From the NCBI GenBank assembly GCA_964016885.1, contig OZ024740.1, forward strand, positions 92,008,001 through 92,072,000: a stretch of 64,000 bases of DNA, written 5' to 3'. This DNA comes from Eledone cirrhosa (Eukaryota). Position 1 is the first letter of the stretch, and every line of letters starts with the position of its first letter. Shown piece by piece: positions 1-12,660 of this stretch. Made by a program: the position numbers and the translations under genes. The notes below the pieces were generated by a model. It did not search any database and was not told the origin of the DNA. It was given only the letters and a program-made list of their open reading frames with translations.

Positions 1-94
1 CGATTGTGTCTTGGCACATATCATCTTTTAAATTTCACCAACAATTACGCAAAATATCGATAAAACTCAATATTTTACGATTGACCTCTCTCAT

Positions 95-907
95 TTGAAG
101 TGCTCACCTTTTTTCCATTACCATTCAAAATCTATACAACTTCATACTTTCTGCTACTTTCCCTTTCCAAGCTTGATGGTGATACTGTCCGTTTTACTCT
201 CTCATATAATCTGTCTACCTCTATCTACAACCCACACATTTTGCTACTTTCTCGTATATACTTCAACCTTACTGATTTATTTCCAAACGCATACAAACAC
301 ACACTCGCTTCAAATGATATAAACACATTTAAAGCAATTAAACAACGTGAGTGATTTATAACCACACTAACTTTTAGTTTCTTCAAACTTAATGATTGAT
401 TTACAAACACATACAAACACACACTCAAATAAATTGATTTAAAAAAATGTAAAGCAATTAAACAACGTGCGGGATTTATAACCACAAACATTTGCCATTT
501 GCAACATTTACGTAAACAATCAAGTGCTTTCCTCTTTCCATTACCATTCAACATCTATACAACTTCATACTTTCTGCTACTTTCTCTTTCCAAGCTTGAT
601 GGTGATACTGTCCGGTTTTACTCTCTCATATAATCTGTCTACCTCTATCTACAACCCACACATTTTGCTACTTTCTCGTATATACTTCAACCTTACTGAT
701 TTATTTCCAAACGCATACAAACACACACTCGCTTCAAATGATATAAACACATTTAAAGCAATTAAACAACGTGAGTGATTTATAACCACACTTACTTTTA
801 GTTGCTTCAAACTTAATGATTTATTTACAAACACATACAAACACACACTCACATAAATTGATAAAAAATAATTTAAAGCAATTAAACAACGTGCGGTATT
901 TATAACC
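95..907 (+). repeat. Tandem duplication (~424 bp period) with ~120 bp subrepeats, abutting the Helitron coding region
   Basis: 100-480 recurs at 524-905; the ORF track gives near-identical peptides at 100..354 and 524..778; the motif aaagcaattaaacaacgtg occurs four times. Confidence 0.85.
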
Positions 908-2782
908 ATCTGCGCCTTCTACTCCATGAGGTTTTAGGCCCACAAAGTTTTCAAGACATCAGAACTGTTGACGGTGTATTATGTGATACTTTCCGCGAAG
1001 CCGGCTTTCGGCGTGGACTTTTGGAGGACGATTCACAATGGGGCGCCACTATGGCGGAGGGTGTTTCGATAAAATCTCCTAAAAAAATCAGATCGCTTTT
1101 CGCTATTCTACTCCTATGGTGTGACTTGGCTGATCCCGCCTCTGTATGGCTTACCTAGAAAGATTATATGTCTGAAGATTTCCTGCGTCACGCTCAATGG
1201 CTACATCCATCAATGGAGGTCGGGTACAGTGACCTCATTTACAACAGGGCACTGCTTGAAATCGAAGTTACTGTACTTGATATGAGCGGTAGTGCCTTGG
1301 CGGTATATGGCCTACCTTCAACAAACCGGGAACGCACAAACACTCTGTCTTCAGATTTGCTGCGTGAGACATGTTTTAATGTTGACGAGATTGCACAGTA
1401 CATAGCCGAGAATGAGCCAAAGCTACTTCCAGAAAAGAAGTTCGCTTACAACTCCGTTGTTAATTTAGTCCGGGCCAAAGCTGGGGGGATTTTTTTCCTG
1501 GACGCTCCTGGTGGAACTGGGAAAACTTTTGTCACCAAATATTATTGACTGAGATTAGGCGAACACAAGGCATTGCCCTAGCTTGGCATCATCTGGAATT
1601 GCGGCTACTTTGTTGCCAGGCGGCAGGACAGCTCACTCCACTTTCAAGCTCCCGCTTGACTTAGCGAAAACTGAGACACCAACTTGCAACATCAGTAACA
1701 GCTCCAACCAGGCAGAAGTCTTCAAACGATGCAAGCTTATCGTTTGGGATGTATGCACGATGGCCCACAGAGGTGCTCTTGAGGCACTAGATAGATCTCT
1801 CAGAGACATCAAACACTCTACAGCTCCGATGGGAGGCATAACACTTCTTCTTTCAGGGGACTTCCGGAAAACACTTCCCGTTATTCCCAAGGGGACTAGG
1901 GCTGATGCAGTAAATGCGTGTCTTAAGTCATCCATATTGTGGCCACTAGTGAACACTCTCAAACTTAACACTAACATGCGTGCTCATATGCCATGTGGTA
2001 TCACATCAGCAGCATTTTCTCACACCCTCCTTGCACTTGACGAAGGCAAAATAACCGGGCATGAAAATGGTAATATTGCCATCGATTCCATTTGTACCAT
2101 TGTTAATACGCCTTCTGATATCACAGATGCAGTGTTCCCAGATCTACAAGCTAATTATCAGAATATGAATTGGATTGGCCAAAGGGCTATTCTGGCCCCG
2201 AGGAATAAAACTGTTCACCATATTAATGATCAAATGCTAAAACTCAATCCTGGGGATGGCTATGTATATAAGTCTATCGATACAACTCCTGACCCAGAGG
2301 ACGTCATCAACTATCCAATAGAGGTTCTCAATTCCTTTGAGCCCCCCGGACTACCACCACACATTCTCAAACTTAAAGTTGGTGCCCCTATAATGCTCAT
2401 TAGAAAGTTGGTTCCCCCGAAACAATGCAATGGCACACGTTTGATCGTTAAGACCTTATCTCCCAATCTGATTGAGGCCACGATTATTACAGGGTGCGGT
2501 CGAGGCAACGTTGTTCTCATACCTAGGATGCATCTTTTCCCATCAAGAGCAGACCTACCTTTTACATTTCTGAGGACCCAGTTCCCAGTAAGGCCACGTT
2601 TCGCTATGTCAATTAACCAAGCGCAGGGTCAAACACTGTCTGTGGCGAGAATACATTTGGGGGAGCCGTGTTTCTCTCATGGTCAGCTTTACGTTGGCTG
2701 GTCGCGTGTCGGCAGCAACAGTGATGCTTTCGCGTTCGTTCCACAACGAAAAACGGAAAACATTGTGTACAAGGAGGTTTAA
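908..2782 (+). pseudogene. Helitron Rep/Hel C-terminal PIF1-like SF1B helicase, with a stop and a frameshift
   Basis: GPQSFQDIRTVDG...GLLEDD linker; Walker A DAPGGTGKTF at the end of 1168..1548; after a frameshift ASSGIAATLLPGGRTAHS, IVWDVCTM (Walker B DE degraded), GDFRKTLP, LKVGAPIML, CNGTRL, FAMSINQAQGQTL, FSHGQLYV. Confidence 0.93.
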
Positions 2783-3630
2783 TAGGATTACTACGCTTCA
2801 TCATTTTGGAACAACACGTTAGTATTTCACTTACATACGACTCTCTTTTATGATGGCATTTACATTTTTAGGTGTTTCCTGAAATTACTTCACACTTAAC
2901 CAACACCTGTCCTCCGCTCACCTCTATTTCCATCCATTCGTCATCAAACCAGCAGCCTCATCTTCTATATGCAACGTACATGAGACATCTCCCCCTACAT
3001 CTACACTCTCACTATTAAAGTTTACATCAGCGACAACACGATCGCAACATACACTTTCAAAACTAAGCAACAGATCATTTTATACAACAACAAATTTACT
3101 CATAACGTCGATCAATGAAAACAACATCTCCACCGCAGACGTGTTGTGATTCATCTATTAAGCACCACTACAGTCTTGCCGGTCTGAAATATGGTGAGTA
3201 GATGCTATTGTTCTAGATTTTATAAATTACCCGTATTTACTTACTCATACTAAATTCCCCTCTTGCCTACATAGGGAATCCATTCTCTTTTAACACACCA
3301 TGAAGTTTATAACAGCACATCCGCTGACGTTCGTGGAAAACGAAGAGGCCCTATTCACCTGCGAACCTTTTACACCCCCTTCAACGACTATCAAATTATT
3401 ACAATTATGAGAAAAATAACATGGCCCTTTTCAAGGCAACCTCACATTCAATTCTTACACCATTCTACGAGGGAGTAGGAACCACTTTACAGGGCTTTAT
3501 ATACACTTACAAATAGATTCATTCGGCGTAAACTTATATCAACCTTTGCCTGAATAATCATAATTCAGTGCAATAATTAACAGTACTTTCAAGCAATTCA
3601 GCCCCGAGCAACGCCGGGCACTTCTGCTAG
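908..3630 (+). mobile_element. Helitron, 3' portion (decayed Rep/helicase) with canonical 3' terminus
   Basis: PIF1-type helicase coding region, then hairpin CCCGAGCAACGCCGGG (3603-3618) and CTAG (3627-3630) followed by T, the standard Helitron 3' end. Confidence 0.92.
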
Positions 3631-3670
3631 TATGCTATATATATATATTATATACATATATATTATATAC

Positions 3671-3741
<71 letters not shown>

Positions 3742-3902
3742 ATATCCATATGAATAAATAGATTTAAAAATATATATATATGTATATAATCTGGGTTTTT
3801 CGAATATTAATAACATTCGATTCGCTGCAAGCAAGCCTCAATTTTGAAGCCATATCAGTAGAATGAATACTTCATTCTTGCTCTTGTGCAGGCATGTAAA
3901 CA

Positions 3903-3950
3903 GAACTGCAGACACTAATGATTTTGGGTATCGCCCTTCATCAGTACATC
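3903..3950 (-). ncRNA. Type I hammerhead ribozyme, degenerate (GAAA mutated)
   Basis: Minus strand: GTA CTGATGA A GGG CGATA CCC AAAAT CATTAGTG TC TGCAG. Confidence 0.6.
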
Positions 3951-4250
3951 CCACGGTCCACCTGTCAACTGTCAGAATTAGTGAAAATATATGCTATGTT
4001 CTAAAATATACAGTCACTGATCATATTAGCAGATTGGCTAATCAGTCAGATTTGCATATTAGGAGATCCACTGATCAGCCAGATTTGCATATCAGCAGAG
4101 TGCCCAGTCAGGTTCCTGTATACGATCGATAAAAGGCCGGCTTAGCCACATTTAAATAAAAATAGAAAAATTTCGCTCTACATGGCTTAATACAATAAGT
4201 GTAATCTAAGATTTTAGAATGAACCCTTCATTCTTGCTCTTGTGTTGGCA

Positions 4251-4316
4251 TGAAAACAGAACTGCAGACACTAATGTTTCTGGGTATCACCCTTCATCAG
4301 TACAACTCCCTGTTCA
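4251..4316 (-). ncRNA. Type I hammerhead ribozyme with long stem I
   Basis: Minus strand: TGAACAGGGAGTTGTA CTGATGA A GGG TGATA CCC A GAAA CATTAGTG TC TGCAGTTCTGTT; consensus core, GUC site, stems I, II and III pair. Confidence 0.85.
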
Positions 4317-7300
4317 CCTTGAAGGTGTAAAAGCCAAAAAGATAGAATTGCCACAAAAAATTAAGATGTTGTAACTTCCGATTTTTACTGTTTACAAGAA
4401 ATACAATAATTGTAATATTAGATTTTATATTTGTTTAATTATAAGTGGTAGAATATTATTTCGAGGTAAATAATTTTACAATGCCGGGTTTATTTTGTAA
4501 TTGTTTGCACATGTCCTGGTGTTTACTCCTTTATTGTATGTAAAAAGGAAACAGCATAATATTTTGACAATTTTAGAAATATAACAATATATTTTATTAT
4601 CCATTCCCCAAATATTTTGCATTTGTTCACTTTAATTCTATTTGTTTATCGGTTTGAAATATTTATATTTATTTGGCTATTTTCATTTTAACCCCATTTA
4701 TTGTCTTTGTATCCTTCCAATGTGTCATTTATATCTTATTTTTTTATACTTTAATTTTTATTTCACCTTTTTTCTCAATTGCTCGTATTGTTCTGTTTAA
4801 TGTTTTTCTGTTTCTTTCCATTTTTGTTTTCCTCGTTTTTCTACTCTACCTTTGAATCGTGCTTTATTTAACGGGCATTGAAATATATGTTTATACTTTT
4901 CTTTATATTTAACAAAATATTATGATTAAACTGACCGGCCATAATATATTGGGAAAATTAAATAAAATCTTGTAAATTGTTTTATTTTGATTGTTCTTAC
5001 CATATTAGTTTATTTACCATTTACACTCCCTTTCACACTTGTTGTACAAATATTATGGGTGTAATTCATTTAGTTTGGTCAACTCAAATAGTAAGGTGGG
5101 ATAATAATGGGACGGCTCAAACGACATGCAAAAGTACCTGAAATCCAATCACAGCAGTCTATTGTCACATATTCTCAATTGACCATACTTAAATATGGAA
5201 CGATACGCAATGAGCATTTTTGTTTTTCCTTATAGTCGAAATTAATATCATCTCTTAATTTCTGTTTCCTTCAAATTCTGATATTATTTACGTTATCTCA
5301 GACAAACGACATTAATTATTTTCTCTTCGATAATTTATCTTGGATTTTACCCAGGTATATATTATATATTTGGAGAGGTTGTACTCTGTAATTTTAGAGA
5401 TATGTCTATGTGGATACTAGAAGCTCATGGTCCATATTGCGGCTTTCCCTTTTCTAAATCATGCAGCACCTGACGAACATACAATCAACGCACATAAACT
5501 AGCTGCTCTTTCTTTTTTAACAGCAGTTTTAAATGCCACTATAAGGATATGAACTGTATGAAATGAAGGAAGTTACCTTGTATATTAGAGAAACTACTGG
5601 GAAATCTGATGCCAAATAAAATATATGTATTCGAGGTTTATTCGTCATTTTCTCTCCTCTGTCTTAGCTACCACCACCTCAGACAGTAATGTTATTTACA
5701 TCGTAAATCAGGTAAATATTGTTTGCTGAAAAAGACAAATATTTAGACTCTACACAGCCAATAAATTTGAAAATATCATTTTGTTTCTCGCATCAACGTA
5801 TACTCATAAATGATTTTCTTTTCAGTTCATAAGTCACCTGTATGTATAAACACACAAACAAACATATTATCCGTGAATCGCGCACACAAACTATTTTGAT
5901 TCATCCAGACTCTATATAAATGGAAGCTTTCACATATATACACTCACAGAACATGTTCGCGTATTGTGTTTTATACACACATCGACACACACATGCCTAC
6001 AAACTTCTGTACAAATATGAAAATATATATGATCAATTGACTCATTAAAACCACCAGTACATGGAAATACGAAAACATGACAAGACGTACGCATTTAGTT
6101 TCTCGTCTGGAAAGCAGTTTTCTCGTATAAAAACAACATTACTTTCTAACGACATTTGCCACTTATTTTTATACATTTAATTCGTGATCTTCAGAGAAAC
6201 AACATACCTTCTCCACATTTTACACTAATTTTAATATTTTGTTTTGCTTCGCTGTATATCCTTTCACACATCGTACAATTAATTATATTGCACTCCCGTA
6301 TCTTTACATATATGGAACAATTTTAACAATACTTGAGTTTAGAGCTATATGAGAGTATGTAACAAGATGTTTCTGTGACTATTAAGTAAGAATATAATAT
6401 AATCTTGTTTTCTTAGAATATATATTCACAATATACAGTATAATGTAAGAACAAATTGTTTCATTGAGATGAGAGGTAAATTCGAGATAAACGGAAAGAT
6501 TGTTTAGGGTTAAACAATTTATAAAATATGAGAGTATATTATTGGAAACAAAATATAAATAGAAGTGCAAAAAAAAACATGTCCGAAGCCCTTATATTAT
6601 TCTCGTAAAACCAAATCTATTGATGTCAAATCTTGATACGAGTTTAAGATAATACGTATATTATATTGTATGGCATTAAAAGATTTGATTATAATTATCA
6701 TATAAACAACCTTGTAAAACTTCCTAATGACAGTTATTTATAAGAAAAGAATATAGTAATTAGGAAATAACGCTGAAATTGATTACCTAGTGTTCACATG
6801 AATTACATGTTCCTAAATGAATACTAAGTGAATACTGCATAGCATCATATTTGTTTATATGATATAAGGATGGCAATGACCTCATAACATATTTTCTATT
6901 AACTTCCCGGTAATGAAATCTTGTGAATAAGATACTGAGAGTCGATTGATTTTTTTCCAATTGATCGTTACTACGGTTACCACCCCAGCAAATACTATGT
7001 GAGCTTTTTTGTTTGTATAAAGATATGCAGGAATATGATTACAATTAGGTCTTGTAAAATGTCATTTCTCATATATCTACGTATGATCCAAGCCATGTTC
7101 GAGAAATATAACATCATTTCATTAACAATACTGAAGAATTCTTCAGTATTGCTTTTCGAGCAATACTGAAGCAATACTTAAATCAATACTAAAGGATTCT
7201 TCAGTATTGCGTTTCGAGTGAGTGAAGATGAATATAGATATTTAGCATATTTAGTTAAGTACTTGCCCATTTAATCTGTTATAAACGATAGGTAAAGGAT

Positions 7301-7617
7301 GCTTACCATGCTGTGCATTTGAAGAAAGTTATTAGACATATCATATAAATACATGATTGCTAATCACATACTGTGATCCCATAGCATATTAGTATTTAAA
7401 ATTAAGTTAGATATTGCTTTTGTTCAGTTGATATCTTTTGACTGTTTAGAATATATTTGGAAATATATTCGGAAGATGGTTTCACTACATTGGTACTCAG
7501 GTTTAAAGTATGAATGATCATTACATTTTAGCTGCGCTCGCAGTTCATTGTAATTTCATTGTTCGTATATGTGACCCTATTCATTTACAAAGAAACCGAT
7601 TTAGCCTAAGGGACATA

Positions 7618-8171
7618 CATAGTTTGGACAAAATAATGGCAACACCTAGTATCATAGCCTCCTAATTTTGAAATATCTATAAAACCGTCAACAGCTTGTT
7701 TATTTTTATTGTCCTCGAGGTGGTCATTAAGCTCCGCAGTAATTTTGGGAGCTGTACTTTTTTGATCCTTTCTAACAATTCGCGGAAGAGTCCGGCGGTC
7801 CCTATCTGAAAGTTTTACTTTCCTTCCGGAGTTTTGTTTCGACGAGGAGGTTTTACTCTCTTTCTCATAGGCTGTCATTACCTTCGAGACAGTACTTCTT
7901 GATACACCAAACATTTCGGCTGTTTTCGTTACGCTAGCGCCTGCAATACGAGCACCAACAATTTGACCTCTTTGAAAGTCCGATAGATCTGTCATTTTAA
8001 TGAATTCTAATTACCTTTTTTCTGATGATATCTGAAAAGAAACAGCAATTTTAACAAACCATATTAAGCAACACTAAAAATAAAAATGAACACGCTTTTG
8101 TCGGTTTTATAGATATTTCACACTGATGATACTATGATACTACATGTTTCCATTATTTTGTCTAACGCATG
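7618..8171 (-). mobile_element. Internally deleted Tc1-family DNA transposon
   Basis: Imperfect TIRs (catagtttggacaaaataatggcaaca / tgtttcccattattttgtctaacgcatg) flanked by TA. ORF 7606..7995 encodes a paired-like HTH (DLSDFQRGQIVGAR...GVSRSTVSKV...SGRKVKLSDRDRR) but no DDE domain. Confidence 0.9.
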
Positions 8172-8272
8172 TACATATTACTTGGCTGCTCAACGAACAT
8201 TTCTTTCCTCAGGGTGTATAGATTATTCATAATACAACATTGATATATGACTTACGGACGTATGTCCACATA

Positions 8273-8311
<39 letters not shown>

Positions 8312-8580
8312 AATTAGTATATCTACGAACATATATATCCAGATGCATACCTATGCTAGCAAATATATAGGTTTTGTCTTAGTAACGTTGTGGTTCAATG
8401 CAAGGGGATGCAGAACAATTATATGAAAGACGTAAAATAAGAAAATCATAAAAATTAACTTACTTACTAATTATTATTAGACGTAAATTAAGAAAATTAT
8501 AAAAAATAACTTACTTACTGAATTATTTTTGTATAAGTTCCCTGTGTCAACGCATCGCCTGGGAACTTAGTTGAGAATTG

Positions 8581-8660
8581 ACTTCTGATGACGAAAGGTA
8601 TTCTCCATGTTCCAACCGGAAACTAAGTTTATACCCTTTCAGAAACTAATTAGTTGGAGT
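8581..8660 (+). ncRNA. Hammerhead ribozyme-like motif (weak stem I)
   Basis: ACTT CTGATGA C GAAAGGTAT...ATACCCTTTC A GAAA CTAATTAG TT GGAGT; palindromic stem III; flanked by inverted AT-rich repeats (8430-8520 vs 8668-8704). Confidence 0.65.
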
Positions 8661-10343
8661 GAAATTTTAGTAAGTTAATTTTTATAATTTTCTTATTTTA
8701 CGTCAATTCAAAAGCTGTTCCCAAACAGACCTATTATATTACATCTTTGATGCGTTTTTTTAATAAACAAATCTCATTATTTCTGAAGATAGCATATATA
8801 TGTGAAACTATGTATATTTCCTCTGATAGTTTGTAATATTTTTACATAGATCTATATGATATACATACGAACACACATATATATCCTAGAAACGATCGTA
8901 AAATGATGAATGTTTTAATATAAGGAACTTGTTCTTTGTTTTTATTCATTGTTTTATTAATTAATCTTGACTCTGTTTTCCTGTGATTTTCATCGAAAAT
9001 CTTTGAATGCATCTTCTCTTTTCAAGATATTTGGATTACATTGAGTTCTTCATACGAATTGGACACTGCCGTATATTATGGTAGATTTATCTACATATAT
9101 ATATATATGTATATCAGTATGTAGGATGGAGCACTCGACGAAGTGGTCAGGTTGGTTTGTTTACTCCGGAGTAATGTTAAATATTTAATATTTAATATGT
9201 AAAATTTGTCTTCGTTTATTACGAATAATAGAAATACTGCTATATATATATCAAGCGAACAAAAGCAATATCTAAAGATACCATATGGACCATGAGCTTT
9301 TCGTATCCACATAGACATATCTCTAAAATTACACAGTACAACCTTTCCACATATATAATATATACCTTTGTAAAATCCAAGATAAATTATATAGAGACCA
9401 AAATTAATGTCGTTTGTCGGTACATGTATACACCTCAGGGCCGTGTCATTCCTCAAGCAATGGACAATAACAACACCGATCCCAAGGTAAACCACCGCTA
9501 TACATTCACCACCTGTTCTCCCCCCTCGATCGACTCCTATAGCAACACATACTTATACATATGTCCATGTATAGATACTATTGTTTAAAATTATACATAC
9601 TTAGATACTTGCATGTATGTGTATGTGTATATATATATATATATGGAATGCACCTCAACCCGCGTTTGTGCGTGTGTGCTTGCAACGATGGGCGTTGACA
9701 TACACACATATGTACTTTATGCCGAAATAGGAACTGTAGTCCTTTGCATTTCCGGATTGTGACACTGAGATTTTTGGTGTTTTACACTCCACTTTTATCT
9801 CATTTGCTCTTAAAACACACCACCCAATGATAGATTAAGAATTGTAATTCTTTACACTTCTCGATTCTGACACACAGGCTTCAGTTAATATTTTTCAAAT
9901 CTTTCAAATATTGCTATCGGTTGTAACACACACCCATTTTTTATTTGGCACCCCCACCACGTGAAATCGTGGCAGGTTATATGCCAACCTACACACAAAT
10001 TCTTCTGGACATCGCAGCAGCACACTAAAACCGAGTTGCCAGCTGACCCCTTAACACCACTAGCAACACAATGGAGGAGGTCAGCTGTACCTAAACATAA
10101 ACTACTACAACAGATTGTCTTGCCTCCGAAAAATGTCTATAGACATTTGACTGGAAAATGTTCTCACAACTGACCAATGGAATGCGAGCGTGTCCTATGA
10201 CGCCAAGATTCGTTTGCTCTAACTCATATGACTCCAGTTCCTAAGAGAAATAACAACAATACCAGGACCTGGATATATCGATGGATTGACGGTGTAAAAC
10301 ATACTTAAACAACATGTGTACCTGGCCTCGCACACCAATTCGG

Positions 10344-10398
10344 ACTGCCTGATGAGGTCACAGCCAATGACGGCTGTCACCGAAATATATATAGCAGT
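10344..10398 (+). ncRNA. Minimal type I hammerhead ribozyme (PLE pseudo-LTR type)
   Basis: ACTGC CTGATGA GGTCACAGCC AATGAC GGCTGTCACC GAAA TATATA TA GCAGT. Confidence 0.88.
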
Positions 10399-10459
10399 AT
10401 ATCTATAATTAGTAATAAACGAAGCCAAATTTTACTAATTTGACCCATCATTTCTATCA

Positions 10460-10618
10460 GTCGGACGCCATTCTTTCCAGCATAGTTAGGTCCCTTTACG
10501 GTCTGAGTTCAAATCCCGGCGAGGTTTACTTTGCCTTTCATCCTTACGGGGTCGATAAAATAATGTACCAGTAATATACTGATAAAATTGCTGGCCTTGT
10601 GCCAAAAAAGTAGAAACA
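10460..10618 (+). mobile_element. tRNA-derived SINE, 5'-truncated
   Basis: B box GAGTTCAAATCC; body GCCTTTCATCCTTACGGGGTCGATAAAA shared with six other copies; absent at the paralogous site near 35330. Confidence 0.85.
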
Positions 10619-10619
10619 T

Positions 10620-12091
10620 TTATTTTTATGTCGTTTATCGTAATGGTATGCTTTCCATCTGATACTACGGATAAAGTCATTAGATCTTTGTATCATACCG
10701 AGCGTATATTCCTTATTTGTAGGTATAGGTATGTTTTCTAATGACATTCCTATGAAGAATTACATAAAAAAATACAAGAAAACTACAGAGTCGACACTCA
10801 ATAACTTTAACAAGGAGGACTAACATAGTGAAAACACCTAAAACATCAGATAGAACCGAACCTCTAATCCCCTGAAAACCCACTTTTAATCTGAAGGATC
10901 ATAAATGTAACTTTGAAACTGAACCTGTGTTCATCAAAATCAGATATGGGCAAGTATATGCTAGATAGGATGATACCACAAATTAAAGAAAAGCAAATAA
11001 TCAAGCACTTGGGTAGCACTAATGAGGCAATAGATTGGTTTAATAAATAAGACAATAGAGAATCTTCTGACTTCATACAATTTGACATTAATAACTACTA
11101 CTCTTCTATTTCCCCAGTAACCCTAAATAAGGCACTATCCTTTGCACAAAAACATCTGACCTGTCACCAGAGGAAATTAAAATAATACTAGCTGCTAGAA
11201 GAACAATCATTAGATTCGACAATAGTCACCGGGAAGAAAAAATAGACAAAATAGCTTCGAAATAACTATGGCATCAAATGATTCAGACCATGTTACGAAC
11301 ATTGTCGGAATATATATATATATATAGCACATATCTTATATAAGGAATTTGATAACCTACAACGAGGAATTTATAGAGATGATACATTACATTTAGATAA
11401 AAACCTAAATAATCAAATCTTAGAAAGATTACGGAAAAATATTAGAATGTTTTTTTAATAAATTAGGCCTTAACATCACTTTTGAACTCAACTCTAAAAA
11501 AGCTAACTTCTTAGATCTATCGCTTAACCTAAACACTGCGCTAATAGAACCTTCCTTAAAAATAATGAACATTTAGCTTACATTATTTATAACTCTAATC
11601 ACCCTCGATCCATAATTAACTCCATAGCACATAGTATATCCCTTAGAATCTCACGCCTATCTTCTAATCTAGAGATTTTTAATGAACACGCTAACTACTA
11701 CAACATAGCTTTACTTAACCCTTTACCATTCACATTATTTTATATATACTATTTTATTTAGATGGTAAAGGCTTTACCTCACATAATTATCTCACATAAT
11801 ATCGAATCTGTGAGATTTTGAAAGTATTTATTTTGAGAACAATACCTTACGATCAGTTCGAGCGACCAGTTACAACCAGTTTCAATAGAAAGAATAAGAG
11901 AATTCTGGCCGGTTTTGCCCAGTTTGAACACTAAAGGGTTAAGGCAGGCCATAAAGAGAGACTCAAATAAATAGCAGATACAAAAAATAACGACACACTT
12001 AACATAAATAACCCTATCCACACATATAGAAGCAACAAATCTAGGACTAAACATAGATATTGGCAACAAGCACGAGAATTAATTGAACAGA
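10620..12091 (+). mobile_element. Decayed Penelope-like element RT region (tentatively Naiad-like), with inverted N-terminal fragment
   Basis: Plus-strand RT remnants FDINNYYSSI, MASNDSDHV, IYRDDTL, ANFLD, SNHPRS. The N-terminal motif SLENIPIP...FIRSIRWKA lies on the minus strand at 10625-10747. Confidence 0.85.
11719..11938. mobile_element. piggyBac-type MITE (220 bp) with TTAA target duplication
   Basis: TTAA|CCCTTTA...TAAAGGG|TTAA. The paralogous site near 36424 is empty, with one TTAA. Confidence 0.9.
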
Positions 12092-12097
12092 ATACGA

Positions 12098-12443
12098 GAG
12101 AGATTGCCATTTATGTATAGAGATAGGGGGTTTAAACCGAATTAGAATGTCTTAATATTATTGAAATTTGCTGAAATGTTGTTAATAGGCATCATATCTC
12201 ATCCCTTATATATGGTATAACTTTCATATAAATCGAAGGGAAAACATTTTCAGCGGGGGTTCTCAGCAGCGGTTTGAGCCGCCGTGGAACCCTTTGATTT
12301 AAATCAAATATACGTAAGAAATCAAACGGGCATGCGCCTCACACACGTGCGAAGTTTTATGAAGATCGATTTGGTAAATGTTTAGTTTTAGGTTCACAAA
12401 CAAACACACAAACAGATAGAAATTGCCATTTATGTATATAGAT
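12098..12443 (-). mobile_element. Probable non-autonomous Helitron-like 5' end, partly tandem
   Basis: Minus strand begins ATCTATATACATAAATGGCAATTTCTATCTGTTTGTGTGTTTG (TC start plus short microsatellite); the terminal motif repeats at about 12104 and 12422. Confidence 0.5.
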
Positions 12444-12492
12444 ATTTCAATTTCATCTTATTTTCTTTATATATATATATGTATGTATGTAT

Positions 12493-12660
12493 ATAAACAT
12501 GACTCTGTGTTGGACGGTGTTCAAAATACAGAGTACATTACTTGAACATAAGTTTAATAAGGCCTCTTCATTCGTATTTAGGTTTATATCGGGGTCACCA
12601 TTCCTTCCAAACACTACTTTCCTTCTCAGGTGGTCAGCGCCAACATGTGCATTTACATGT
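12493..12660 (-). pseudogene. LINE (RTE/L2-like) APE endonuclease fragment
   Basis: VNAHVGAD...VFGRNGDPDINLN...LLNLCSSNVLCILNTVQH matches the GDFNAHVG...GRNG...N.NG..LL..C...L...NT.F.H pattern. Confidence 0.7.

Larger units (their letters stand above)
3738..12091 (+). repeat. Segmental duplication copy A (paralog at ~30342-36580)
   Basis: Colinear high similarity by eye from gtatatccatat...tataatctgggt to gaacagaatac; the copies differ by discrete insertions and deletions. Confidence 0.92.

Noticed and set aside
95-907. Regularly spaced repeats suggesting a CRISPR array
   Set aside because: The spacers are themselves repeated, the context is eukaryotic and no cas genes are present.
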